A stretch of DNA of 64,000 nt from Lama guanicoe (lineage: Eukaryota): the NCBI GenBank assembly GCA_013239625.1, contig MU054001.1:5691078-5755077 (forward strand), written 5' to 3'. Below the pieces are notes generated by a model that was given only the letters and a program-made list of their open reading frames with translations, ran no database searches and was not told the DNA's origin. The translations under genes and the position numbers were made by a program. Shown here piece after piece: positions 41,099 to 53,160 of the stretch. How positions within the stretch are numbered: position 1 is the first letter of the stretch; every line of letters begins with the position of its first letter.

Positions 41099-41189
41099 AT
41101 GACCGGGAAGTCTCCCTCACCTTTTCTGTACTCCTGGAGGGGCGTCTTGCTCACTTGTTTACCAGCTTCTGGGACAAGGAAAAGAAAAG
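41099..41189 (+). CDS. SIAH1: Alternative coding first exon of the long SIAH1 isoform (31-aa N-terminal extension, 313 aa total)
   Basis: ATG at 41099 gives MTGKSPSPFLYSWRGVLLTCLPASGTRKRK plus G, then donor gtattg at 41190. Joined to the AA at 43527 this gives GAA ATG in frame. It resembles the human long-isoform N-terminus as I recall it (MTGKATPPSLYSWRGVLFTCLPAARTRKRKE). Confidence 0.92.
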
Positions 41190-43528
41190 GTATTGCTATT
41201 AAGAGACTGGATTGCTTAAACTCTGAAATGGGAAAGTTGTAAGCCAGTGGAATCTGAATGGATCACGGAATGGCTGTAGCATAACTGAGCTGGCAGTGAT
41301 GTTTCTTTTGAAAGCTGTACTTTTCTCAGTTTAAATCAAACTTCAGGTTATGTCATGATTCCTGCAGTGTTGTCCAGACACTTGAGCCCTTGGTTCCTAC
41401 TGCAGGGCTGCTGTGTGGTTCGTATTCTTTTTCTGTTTGAAGATGGAATTTGGTTCGACGTTCAGAGCTCTGGGAGCTCTTAGCAGCTGCTAGCCTGTAA
41501 TTCTCCCATTCACAAGAAATACAAGCCACATTTCACTTGTTTTCACACGTTGAATAGGAATTTAAATTGTGCTTTCTACAATGTTTGGAAAAATAATAAA
41601 TATTTATTGTAACATGGGCCTGAACTATCTGATAAATGTATAACTATTTTGCTAGGTCAAAAAATTAAACAATAATGTTTTTCTTGCTTAGTTATATTAG
41701 GTTGAATACAAGCTGAGTTTGTTGCCTCTCAATGTGATTAGCTGTTTTGGTTTAGTGAATTGAAAGGCATTGGTGGCTAAAATCATTTTGTACCCAAGGA
41801 ACCACTTCACATTTATTATGTTGCTCTCTTAAATGAGCAGCATAAAATGAACCATGAAATAGGCATACAGCGCACATTCAGGGCATTCTGACAATGGAAG
41901 CCCATTGTTTTTACTACTGACCTAAAATTAAATGCATGGATCATCATATGCACAGTCAGTCTCCTTAGGGAGAAACAGGATTACAGGAGAATTTCTTTGT
42001 AGTGCTTTTTGTTGGACTAGAAAGAACACCGGGGTTATACAGATGATGGGAATTGATTCCTGTTGTCCTAAATCCATGTGATGGGCCACATTATGATAGA
42101 ATTATGTGATACTTTTGTTTTCCCTTGAACTTTAGAATATTCCTTTAGTGACAGTGGAATTGATCTGATTTGGGGTTTTTTTTTTTAAACCTTCAATCCC
42201 CATTTAAGGTATCTATCCTTGAGTAATTATGACTAATAGAACCCAAATTGCATTTACATGGGCACATTAATAACCAGCACTATTTTTTCAAAGTTAAATT
42301 CTTTCCAATAGAATAATGATTATAATTGAGGAAACATTAAATTTGAGGAGTTAAATTTAAGTTGTAGAAATATGGCTTATGGTTTTTGGGCATATACTCT
42401 TGACATCAATAGACTGATCTTTTGTCATCTGCTAGACAGTGACCTACTATATCCCAGCAAAGGTAGATTCCTGGGAGAAGTTGCTTGTTTTCACTTTCAT
42501 TCAGCCTGACAAGTTAGTTAACCTTGTTGAACATTTCTTGCAGATGACATTTATTACTTAAATAATGTTTTACTGTGCTGATGAATGCTTCAGCAACACT
42601 GGTGAACTCTAGGGTACAAGCAGTTCTTTACCTGTTGACACTATCCCTTTTCCCCAGTGTTACGTGAGTCTCTCTGGTGCTTTTGATCTTTATTCTTTAT
42701 CGTCTTTTCCTGATTCTCTTTCCCCTTTGCAAAGTATACCTGATTTATATTGTGGAGTGGAAGTAGAATAGAATGATTTACTTTCTCTAAATACGAGACT
42801 CAAAACTTTTACTTAAAAATGGCCCGCCATTTCTCCTCTATACTGCCTCACTTTTGAAGGGGGCACTGATCATTAGGAAACAAGGTCACTGTCTAGCTGG
42901 TGTTAACATTTCATGGAGCTGGATGATGAGATGGCAGTCGGCCTTTCCCCTTGTAACCCCTTCCATCCCTCAGATGTACCCCTAGAGCAGATACCTGTTC
43001 ACCATTCGGAGCTAATCAAAGTCAATACCCTGGTGATCCTTTGGATCACATATAACTCCCTGGGGCTATCAGCAGCTGACTCAGAATGGGGAAGAAATAG
43101 AATGAGTAGGGGTAATAAACACAGAGAAGGAGGAGAAAGTCCAGTCAAAACAGATTTCACTGAACTTAAGCTACTTACATAGTGTTTCTTAGTTGTTTAT
43201 GGTCCAGTTTCTATTTTAGCATTTATTCCATGTAGTCCATCCAAGGATGATTTTTAACATTTTTTAGAGAAAGGGAATTCTAAATGTGCCCCGGAACATT
43301 TTGAAAAGAGATTTTATCCAATGTACAGCTCCTAATAATCAAAAGGCATATTTTATGTAATTTATATTTTTTTAAAAACCCTATTTTCCTTTGTTCTTTT
43401 GCTCCTGGTAAATTTTGCATGAAACTTAAATATTTCTGGCATGGAAACATTATTTGTAAAAAACAAGTTATAGTTGTAATTATTTTTCTCCTGCCTCCTT
43501 TTATTCTTACTTGTTTTTTATTACAGAA

Positions 43529-44377
43529 ATGAGCCGTCAGACTGCAACAGCATTACCTACTGGAACCTCAAAGTGTACACCGTCCCAGAGGGTGCCTGCC
43601 CTGACTGGCACGACCGCATCCAACAATGACTTGGCGAGTCTTTTTGAGTGTCCGGTCTGCTTTGACTATGTCTTACCACCCATTCTTCAGTGTCAGAGTG
43701 GCCATCTTGTTTGTAGCAACTGTCGCCCAAAGCTCACATGTTGTCCAACTTGCCGGGGCCCGTTGGGATCCATTCGCAACTTGGCTATGGAGAAAGTGGC
43801 CAATTCAGTACTTTTCCCTTGTAAATACGCCTCTTCTGGATGTGAAATAACTCTGCCGCACACAGAAAAAGCAGACCACGAAGAGCTCTGTGAGTTTAGG
43901 CCTTATTCCTGTCCGTGCCCTGGTGCTTCCTGTAAATGGCAAGGCTCTTTGGATGCTGTAATGCCGCATCTGATGCATCAGCATAAGTCCATTACAACCC
44001 TGCAGGGAGAGGATATAGTTTTCCTTGCTACAGACATTAACCTTCCTGGTGCTGTTGACTGGGTGATGATGCAGTCCTGTTTTGGCTTTCACTTCATGTT
44101 AGTCTTGGAGAAACAGGAAAAATACGATGGTCACCAGCAATTCTTTGCAATTGTACAGCTGATAGGAACACGCAAGCAAGCTGAAAATTTTGCTTATCGA
44201 CTTGAGCTAAATGGTCATAGGCGGCGATTGACTTGGGAAGCCACTCCTCGATCTATTCATGAGGGAATTGCAACAGCCATTATGAATAGTGACTGCTTAG
44301 TCTTTGACACCAGCATTGCACAGCTTTTTGCAGAAAATGGCAATTTAGGCATCAATGTAACTATTTCCATGTGTTGA
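43529..44377 (+). CDS. SIAH1: E3 ubiquitin-protein ligase SIAH1, canonical 282-aa isoform (RING, two zinc fingers, TRAF-like substrate-binding domain)
   Basis: Translation [16 protein letters not shown]...[27 protein letters not shown]...[11 protein letters not shown] matches mammalian SIAH1; 849 nt. A polypyrimidine tract and acceptor ttacag end at 43526, and the ATG is 2 nt into the exon. Confidence 0.99.
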   Translation: MSRQTATALPTGTSKCTPSQRVPALTGTTASNNDLASLFECPVCFDYVLPPILQCQSGHLVCSNCRPKLTCCPTCRGPLGSIRNLAMEKVANSVLFPCKYASSGCEITLPHTEKADHEELCEFRPYSCPCPGASCKWQGSLDAVMPHLMHQHKSITTLQGEDIVFLATDINLPGAVDWVMMQSCFGFHFMLVLEKQEKYDGHQQFFAIVQLIGTRKQAENFAYRLELNGHRRRLTWEATPRSIHEGIATAIMNSDCLVFDTSIAQLFAENGNLGINVTISMC

Positions 44378-45190
44378 AATGGCAATCAAACAATTTCTGG
44401 CCAGTGTTTAAAACCGTTGCATTCAGTTTCACAGAGAATAAGGCACCCATCTGTCTGCCAACCTGAAACTTTTGGTAGGTGGAAGCTAGACACATGAAGG
44501 TAAATAAAAGGAAAGGCTGTTAAATACAGGAAACAGTTGCATGTAGTAACACTAATATATTTAAAAATAAGTCAACAGTAAACCACTGAAAAAATATATA
44601 TATATACACCCAAGATGGGCATCTTTTGTATTAAGAAAGAAAGCATTGTAAAATAATTCTGAATTTGTGTTTGTTGTAGATTGAGTGTACTGTTGAAAAA
44701 TACTGGGTTTTTGTTTTTTGTTCTGTTTTTTGCGTGCGTGTGTGTATGTGTGCGTGAGTGTGTCTGTGTGTGTTTGGTTTTTTGTTTTTTTTTCCTTTAA
44801 CTGACAAGCCATGTTGAGTGGTCTTGGACCACTGCTTTTCCCCTATGTGAGTCAATACATAGTGCTGCTGTGTGTGTATTATTTTTTTGTGTGTGTACTT
44901 GCTAATTTTTATTAATTCTAGTTTTTCATTAAATAAATTTGACTTTCTTTTCTGTAATTCAGGTTTTTCCTCACTTTTTTTGTACCTTTTTAAAGTTAGT
45001 CTTTTTGATATGCATAATTGTTTATGGTAAATTTATATATATGTTCAATACATATTTTCTTTTCCCCCATTAATCAGTTCATTAGAAGTATTTTAAATTC
45101 GACTATTTTGTGAAGATAAGAGTTCCAGAAAGGAAGGATAACATTGGAAGAATTATCAGAAGCTATTTAAAGCAGCTATAAGATGGTCTG

Positions 45191-45223
<33 letters not shown>

Positions 45224-45520
45224 TCTCTCCAGTTGAGTCATACCTTCAGATTTATTCTTTGAAAGGTTTTAGGGCATACTGATTTTTTTTAAATACTGGA
45301 AAAAAAATCAGGCTCTCCCCCTCCCCCCAAGTATCTTGGACAAATCATATGTTTAAAATTTGTTCTTGTATTTATTGGTTTTGCAAAAGAAGGCATCGTC
45401 TTACACAGTATTTGTAATTAAAAGCAAATCATTTGTTTAAAAAAAGGCAGTTTGCAAAAAAAAATGTTTTTGGTCTTTTATAATTCCATTAAAAGAATAT
45501 CTGGCAAATTAAAAACTCTT
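44378..45520 (+). other. SIAH1: SIAH1 3' UTR; end approximate
   Basis: U-rich and free of transposons after the stop. Candidate poly(A) signals AATAAA 44932-44937, ATTAAA 45417, 45488 and 45508, and AATAAA 45598 just beyond. Confidence 0.7.
44731..45228. repeat. (TG)n-rich and (CT)n microsatellites in the SIAH1 3' UTR
   Basis: Imperfect TG repeat at 44731-44772; CT repeat at ~45192-45228. Confidence 0.85.
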
Positions 45521-48500
45521 GTGTGTCTGCTTTAGCTCTGAGTTTGATTAAAATCCTCTTATTTTCCTGTTCAATTCTGTACTTTATAGCCAAAAGCAAT
45601 AAATGTACCGTATTTTGAAGTTTGGTAGGTAAGAGATCTGTTCTTAAAGTATAGCAGAAGAATGGGTGGATGGCCTCTGGACTGCAGTCTTGTTTTTTTC
45701 CTTCCTCTTGCTTACAGTTTGATTCTCATAACTCTGTTGTTGGGAGGCTGATTAGTTACAATGCAGATCACCTTTTCCCTCCTTTAACAACAGCAAAAAT
45801 GGGTTAATAGATATTTCATAACCTAGTGGTTATGAGCCTGAGTTCTGCAGCCAGACTTCCAAGGACCTTCATGCGTGTGTTAGCTCTAACTCACCAGCCA
45901 GCTATGTGATTTGGGGCCTCAGTTTCCTAGTGTGTAAAATGGGGTTAATCATGGTAGCTACCTCCGAGGGTTAAATGGGGTACAAGTTACCTAGAACAGT
46001 GCTCTGCACATAATAAGCACCCAGGGAATGTTAGCTGCTATTTTTATACCTATAACTAGCACCATCTAGTTAACTGTCGCTAGTTAACTCTGCGGCACCT
46101 AGCAAGATTCTGAAATTGCCTTCGGTTGGCCAGAGATCATTTTCTTTTGTGTGTTATTTATGGGTATCCTAAACATAGAAAGTCAGGTAAAGCTAGTTTG
46201 GACTTACCCCTTACCCCACCCCCAGTTCTGGACAGCGCAGTTTGCTTCTGTTAACTGTTCTCAGGAAAGAAGGTTGTGTAGTTTCCTACATGAGCAGTGT
46301 TTTTTGAATTGGTTAGAACTTGTGCTTGTGTAGCCGTTTTTGTGGTGAAAGAGAACAGGTCAACCACCAGTGTATATCCAGGTCTGTTCCTATTAGCATG
46401 TGTGGTTAGAAAAGCAGTTTTGCCCCCTCATTTAATATATTGAATTACTTGTGTTTTTAAAATGTTTCTTTGATTCTAAAAGTAGTAGATGTTCATTATA
46501 TAGACTGGCACCCACAGTAGGGTCTGTAATCTTACTCATTCAGAGGTGACTATGAACATTTTCGTATTTCTAATCCTTTATGTGTATTTACATGTGTTGA
46601 TACACATTTATTTTGAAATCATATAATTTGGGATCATGTAATTATCTTAACTCCCTCACACCCCCAAACGTAACATGATCATCTAAGCATTTCACAGCTT
46701 TAATGATCTTGGAAAAAAATTTGGGGTAACTTTTGTGAGGATTGATTATAATTTTATCCAATTTCTCAGTGTTGGATATTTGCTTTGTCCAGTTTATCCA
46801 GGTAAATTTTTGGCTAATTATAAATAGCCTGTGAACATTTCTACATGTTTCCTGATTATATTCCTGGAATTCTTTTTTTTTTAAGGTCTTAATGTGTTTT
46901 TCATTGCTTTCTGGAGAGGTTTCAGTGGAAACTTATGGTAGCAGTGTGAAAGATTTTCCAGTTGGTTGTTACCTCATGCTTTGTTAAGTTATGCAAACTA
47001 AGATGGTACATTTAGTGTGTTTGATAGGTAATAAGGGACATTTTAATATTTGTTAACTATATTTCCTCTAAGTTGCCTTCATATTCTGGGCCTATAGGGA
47101 TAGTGAGACCCAGAGCTTGATTTCTGGGTCCATTTGATTTTTGTTATCTGAGGTCTAACTCTTGTTCCTAAATCGTCTTTATTATAATCAATATTCTACT
47201 TTCTCCTATTGATGTCCCCACCCCTTCTGGTATCTTGGTTTTTTCTTTCAGGGGATTGTATAGGGTAGGGGTAACTTTATTCTTTTATATTCTTAAACTT
47301 TAATTTGTCTTGTTGACTCATGGACCGGTTTAATGTTAATGATTTGATTTTTTTTTTTTTTTGCTTTGAGTGATTTTTATTATAGTATGTATGACTTTTT
47401 AGAAGGCTCTCAGTTCTGCAAACTTTAACATGAATGGGTGTAGATGTTTTGATTCACCAAAAATCTTAGTTGTCCCCTTGCCCCACCCAGCTCAAGAACT
47501 TTTATATCTTCTAAGAGCATCTGCAATGATTCTACTAATAGCAGAATTTTATTTCATTCAGATTCTTCTGTGGAAGAATTGATAAGTAACCCAGATTAAA
47601 AAACAAAACCTGGATCAAACTAGACATATGTGGGGGTCAGTCTGTGACTGCTGCATTAGACCAGAGTAAGATCAGAACAGAGAGGGTGAATGGAGTGTAT
47701 GACCTACCAACTGGTACTGTAGTCATTTAATGTAGGTTATACAAGAAAGGTACAGATAGAATCTTCTCAAAATCTGTAGACTGAATGCACTGCTAGAACC
47801 TTAGTCATCCCCCTTCCCACCTACCTAGCTTGCATGTTACAAAGGATTATTTGGTGGTTTACTGCTTACGATGTTAAGCTAGTTGAATCATCTACCAAAA
47901 GAAACAGTTACCTCAAAACAGCATCATTCCCCAAATTACAGTTTAATACTTTATCAAGCACCTACCAAAATATAAAGTGTGGGCTGTAGGTTCTCACTGC
48001 CTGGGCTTGAATTCTGACCCTCTTGTACTAACTTGGATTTAAGTTGGCTCTGCCTAGCTTCTTCCTCTGTAAAAGGTGTACTGGTGTCTGCCTCATGAGG
48101 GAGTGAGGATGGCTGAGTGTGCTTCAGTCTTGGTGCTGTATCCTCATTGCCCTGCTGAACCAGACATTTCCCTTAACCTTATGCAGCTCAGAGTTTTCTT
48201 TGAAAATAATGTATTTTTTTTTAGGCCTTTCTAAATTCTGGTATGAAAGAATATTTGGTTTTATAATACAGTCACACTTCGACACGCATGCACTGTCATG
48301 TCAAGATAGGATTTAGCCTGAAGGGTCTTAGTTCCTATTGCCTAGAAATGTGCTGGTATTTTAGAATTGAACTTAAGTTAAAAATTTTTAATCTGCTTTT
48401 TAAAATTAGATCCAAGAATGTTGAACACATTCTTTAGCTCATTGGTAAGAATAAACTATACCTAATATGTTCCAAAAAAGTGAATTTTCATAGCAGATAA

Positions 48501-49829
48501 AGCTTTTCCTAGATTAAAAAAAAAAACAACTTGATACAGCTGTTTTAAAACACTTCCATGGCCATTCACTGTACTTCTCTATTGTGTCTTTTCAGGTCCT
48601 TTTAATATTTCCTTCCTGTTTCGGTGCTTGAAAGTTTTTTTTTTTTTTTAGTAACAGCATAATTTTCATGGCAGTATCCATTAAATGTTAGTAAAACAAA
48701 AAAGCATAGCATTGGATATAAATCATCAAATTGGATGACTACTTCTACAGTCTTCATTTTTTAAGCTGCTGGGTAAAATTTCATGGAGATGGGCCCTTAA
48801 ATACAACTCATTTTTGCCAAAATGTGAGTTTGATCATGTTACATTAAAGAACAAACATTCATGATGTTTGCATCTAATAGTCCCATACAAAATAAACTTT
48901 GGATTTGAAAGGAGAATTGGCAAAATTAACATTCTTTGTGGTTTAGTGTCAAGTCCCTTAATTATAGGAAGGTTTTCCTCATTTTAGTGGTTGTTAAAGG
49001 AAATTACGAAATAAGTCCTCTGCCCTCAGCAGTTGATTACCTCACAACCTGCTTGACTTTGGTAAGGTTTAAATGTGGACCGGTCACCTAGTACAGGGGC
49101 CACAGTGGTAGACATCAGTAGTCACTGTGCTCAGATGACAGGAATCAGACTCCTGCATTTCCAGCAGCCACTACAACTCAGATGGCACTGGAGATGGACG
49201 TGACTTTGCATCCCCACACTTCTGATGAAGAGGATCTGTGCTGTGACCAGAATGCAAATCTTGACTGATGTCAAGGGAAGAAAAGCAAAGAAGGAAATCT
49301 GTTTCACTCAGCACATATACTTTTTTTTTTTTAACCTCCCTCCCCTTATTTTAAAAAAATTCAGGTATGTTTAGTATCCTTTAAATACCTCTCATGTAGT
49401 CAGGGGATCTAAACTATGGTCACAGATTTATAAACTGATGTTAAACAGGATCACTCACTTTGATGGCATCTTCCACTGTATCTGCACAGAGGAAATCAGA
49501 AGCACTAAAGATCTGTGTCTCTGACATGGTTTGCAGTAAGGTTCAAACAGAAGGGGCAGAGCCAAGTCAAAAACGTGTCCACCCCCCCCGGACTAGTACA
49601 GAATTTCTTGATTACCAAGAAAGCGTTATATAGTTGTGATACTTGAAGAGCCTTAAAAGCCCATACACAAAAGCATGGAGAGCACCGTTTAGATACACAG
49701 ATTCCAGGCCCTCACCTCTAGGCCTGCTGAACTGGAATTTGACTTCAGCAGCAGGTCTCAAACACCCCAGCTGACTGCGATATATATAGGGGGTCTTTGG
49801 GAAACACTTATACAGTCTAGAAGAGGATA

Positions 49830-50415
49830 ATCAGCATCGTTAGTCACTAGGGAAATGCGAAGCAGAACAACAAGATGCTTCTTCACACCTTCAGGATGGC
49901 CATTATCAAGAATGAAAAGTGCTGGCATGGACTTGGGGAAACTGGAAACTATGTATTGTTAGTGGGAAGCCAGGGTGGTTCTGCAGGTGTATTTCCAAAA
50001 GGATGAAAAACGGACTTGAATAGCTGTAGCCTAGTGGTAGAAACAACAGATGAGAGTGTGGCATGTGCAAACAGTGGAGTATTATTCAGTCTTGAAGAAA
50101 TTCTGATACATGCTGCAACAGGGATAAACCTCCACATGCTAAGTGAAATGTGCCAGATGTAAAAGGACAGCTACACAATGATTCCACTTACATAAGGTAC
50201 TTAGAATAGGCAGATGTATAGAGACAAAATAGTGTAACGGGTCTAGGGGATGGAGGAATGGGGAGTCACTGATGAGTGGACACAGTTTCAGTAAGATGAC
50301 GACAAAGTTTTGGTTATGGCTAGTGGTAATAGTTGTACAACACTGAGTGTAATTAACATCCCTGAATTGCAAACTTGCAAGTTAAAATGGTAAATTATCT
50401 TGCACAGTATAAAAA
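49830..50415 (+). mobile_element. Old LINE-1 3' fragment
   Basis: ttagtcactagggaaatgc...gattccacttacataagg...gtagttgtacaacac, typical of L1MB/MC 3' ends. Confidence 0.8.
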
Positions 50416-51460
50416 ACAAGTGAGTAAAAGCTTAGACTTAAAAAACCAAAAACAATGCTAGAGAAATGGTCATACTGTTAAAACTCTGCACACGTCCAGG
50501 TTTTCTCAGCTGGCTCCTTTAGTAAGGACATGTGTGCTCATAGCTAGAGGGCACAGAAGATGCCCTACTGCTTACAGACCGGTACAGAGCTGCATGCTCA
50601 GGACTCTCGAAGAATACAGGTAACTCCCACTTTTTAAAGTGTGATGCATTGCCTGTGCCAGGTGGAACAAGGCAGAGCAATGTGGGTATCGATTAGCTCT
50701 CTCTGGTTGCTGAGAACAAATTAACATCATAGCTTCTTTTCCTCCCTTGTAAGATGATGGAACAGAAATAAAATCACAGTAGTGGTAAGAGATTGAAAGG
50801 CTGTCTAACTTCTCAGTGCTCGCTCACTCTCCCCAGATCTGGACTTGCCCTCCCAGAACGCATTCAGATTTTTACTAGCAAGCGTGAGTTCAGTATTTGG
50901 GTAACCTGTAGACCCCATTCTTATGCAGGAAATTCCAAAGTTTATGTATCTGTCCTTGTATTTTGTAGTATAGGATTCCATTACCCGTGGGAATAATGAT
51001 TAGCCATTGCTCAATGTTATTTTATGCAGCATTCTAACTTCATCTTCACAGTAACACTGATGAGTACTACTATTTACATTTTAAAGGTAAGGAAAACTAA
51101 GATACAGAAAGTTTAAATGCCAGTAAGTAGAGAAGCCTAACTTCGTAGTTATCCATACCATGGACTGAGTCGCAGGAGAAGAGAGGCTTGGAAAGTCTAC
51201 CAGAACTGGGACTGGCACAGGCAAACAAGGAACAGAAAAGGAGGCCGCAGTAGTCAGGCTAGGGGCCATCCCAGGATGACGGCCGCTTCCCTCTGGAGAC
51301 TAGACTTTTTCCTAAGATGACAGGGCCAGTGTGTTTCTGTAACGTGTGCCCTCTGCCTGATAAAAATGACCAATGTTTACAGGGTGACTTCCCTCAGCAT
51401 AAGAAGGGACCTATATTGGGATGTGTAGGCCTCAATGTAGAGTTTGCATCACCTGAATAC

Positions 51461-51819
51461 TTTATTTTCCACAAAGACTGTTAATTGGCTATATTGTCAC
51501 CTTTGCCCAGTTTCCCTTCTAAGTGATTGTTTTCAGGGTCCAATGAAGTCTACAGGTGAATCTGTTAAGGTAATAATGGTCTATACCAGTGGTTCCTGAC
51601 CTTGAGTACTGACTGGGTGGCTTAGTGAAAGATTTATGGGTACTACCCCTCGAGTTTGATTCAGAAGGTCTGCTGACAGGCTTTGAGAATTTACATTTCT
51701 CACAAGTTCTCAGGTGTTTCTGTTCTGGGACCACATGAGAACCACTGTTCCAGACCTTTCCAGGGACAGTAATGCACCCACTAAAGGTAAGAATTCAATT
51801 CCGATTTTATCCATTTATT
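51461..51819 (-). terminator. Candidate LONP2 polyadenylation signals
   Basis: AATAAA on the minus strand at 51814-51819 and 51461-51466, downstream of the stop codon. Confidence 0.45.
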
Positions 51820-51993
51820 AAATTAACATTTCTGTAATAAACACTAGCCACCCCTTGAGTCAGGTGTGTTACTGCTGTGATTATGTTCACAAATCAGGCA
51901 CATTTTGCTTACCCCTACTGGTGTGGATAAAATCATCCTGTCAGTACCTTTTTGGCACTTTAAAACTTAAAATTCTGAAAAGTTGATTTGGGC

Positions 51994-52215
51994 CTACAGT
52001 TTGCTATTTAAGAGACCAGGCCTGGTCTTGACAGTAAAACCACCATCAAAAGCTGCATTAAGAACTTCATCCAGGCAGCTTGCTGTGACAAAGCTTAAAT
52101 CCTGCCGGACATTGCCTGGGATTTCTTCAAGGTCTTTTTCATTCCTCTGAGGGATAATGACACGCTTCAGTCCTGCTCTGTGTGCTGCCAGCACTTTGTC
52201 TTTAATTCCACCCAC
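51994..52215 (-). CDS. LONP2: LONP2 last coding exon (protease domain with catalytic Lys; C-terminal PTS1 SKL)
   Basis: VGGIKDKVLAAHRAGLKRVIIPQRNEKDLEEIP...GLLNSKL*; acceptor AG at 52217-52216. Confidence 0.97.
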   Translation of the reverse strand: MGGIKDKVLAAHRAGLKRVIIPQRNEKDLEEIPGNVRQDLSFVTASCLDEVLNAAFDGGFTVKTRPGLLNSKL

Positions 52216-52684
52216 CTGTAGGAGAGAAGAACGTGATTAAAGTTTATGGTCATCCTCAGGCTGTGGAAGAAACCCTGACCCACCTTTCTTTCACAGCTAT
52301 TTTAAAACATCCAAATCGTCTTCCATTTTTTAACAGCATGAGCCAGGAAATCCACTAAAAACATTAATGGTAAGTTCTTTACATTTCAATTAGTATATTA
52401 AGTCCTTTTAATGGGAGAAACTAAATTTTTGATAGGAATAAGCACCTCTTTTGTCTATTATCCCTTTTATATTGTCAAGGTTAACATTTATGTTCCTGTC
52501 TACTCACAACACTCTTGTTTGTGGATTGACTCTGAAAAAGCATTACATTGTTTGGACCATAAATACCACTCCTACACAGCTTAGCTGCATGCCAGGGTTA
52601 TTTCCTTCTGTATAGGGTTACAGCCATGATGACCTCTGTGCCACCTGATGAAGAAAACATTCCCAGGTGATCCAGGCTCTCATG

Positions 52685-53160
52685 GTGGTTTTAAAATACA
52701 TCCAGAATGGATGGTCCCTTCAAAAGGTGGAGTCTAATTCCCTTCCCTTGAATGTGTGCCAGGCTTAGCAATTCACTTATAAGAAAAAGTGTGGAAAGTG
52801 ATGCTCTACGACTTCCAATATTAAGTCATTAAAAAGTAAGAGTTTCTGCCTGGATCTCTCTTGAATCTCTTGCCCTGGAGGTCACCAGCTGCCATGTCTG
52901 AGGTCACCCAAACAGCCTATGGAGAAGCCCTAAGGTGAGCAACTGGGGCCTCCTGCCAACCAGCACCAATCTGCAGTTACGTGAGTGAGCCACGATGGAA
53001 GCAGATCCCGCCGCCCCAGCCCACCTTCAGATGACTGCAACGTGGCAGAGACCCTGAGCCAGAAGGGCCCAACTAAGCCTCTCCTGAATTCCTGACCCAC
53101 AGAAACTGAGAATAAAAAAATACTGCTATGGGGTGGTGTGTATGCAGCAACAGATAACGA
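52685..53160 (+). mobile_element. MLT1-type LTR
   Basis: ccttcagatgactgca...cctgaattcctgacccacagaaactgagaataaa...tatgcagcaacagataac. Confidence 0.8.

Noticed and set aside
43511..43528. MFFITE N-terminus given by the ORF track
   Set aside because: The TTG start lies in the intronic polypyrimidine tract; the real exon starts at 43527.
46066..46089. Duplicated CTAGTTAACT with a palindromic core
   Set aside because: Very short and adjacent to a MIR; no further support for function.
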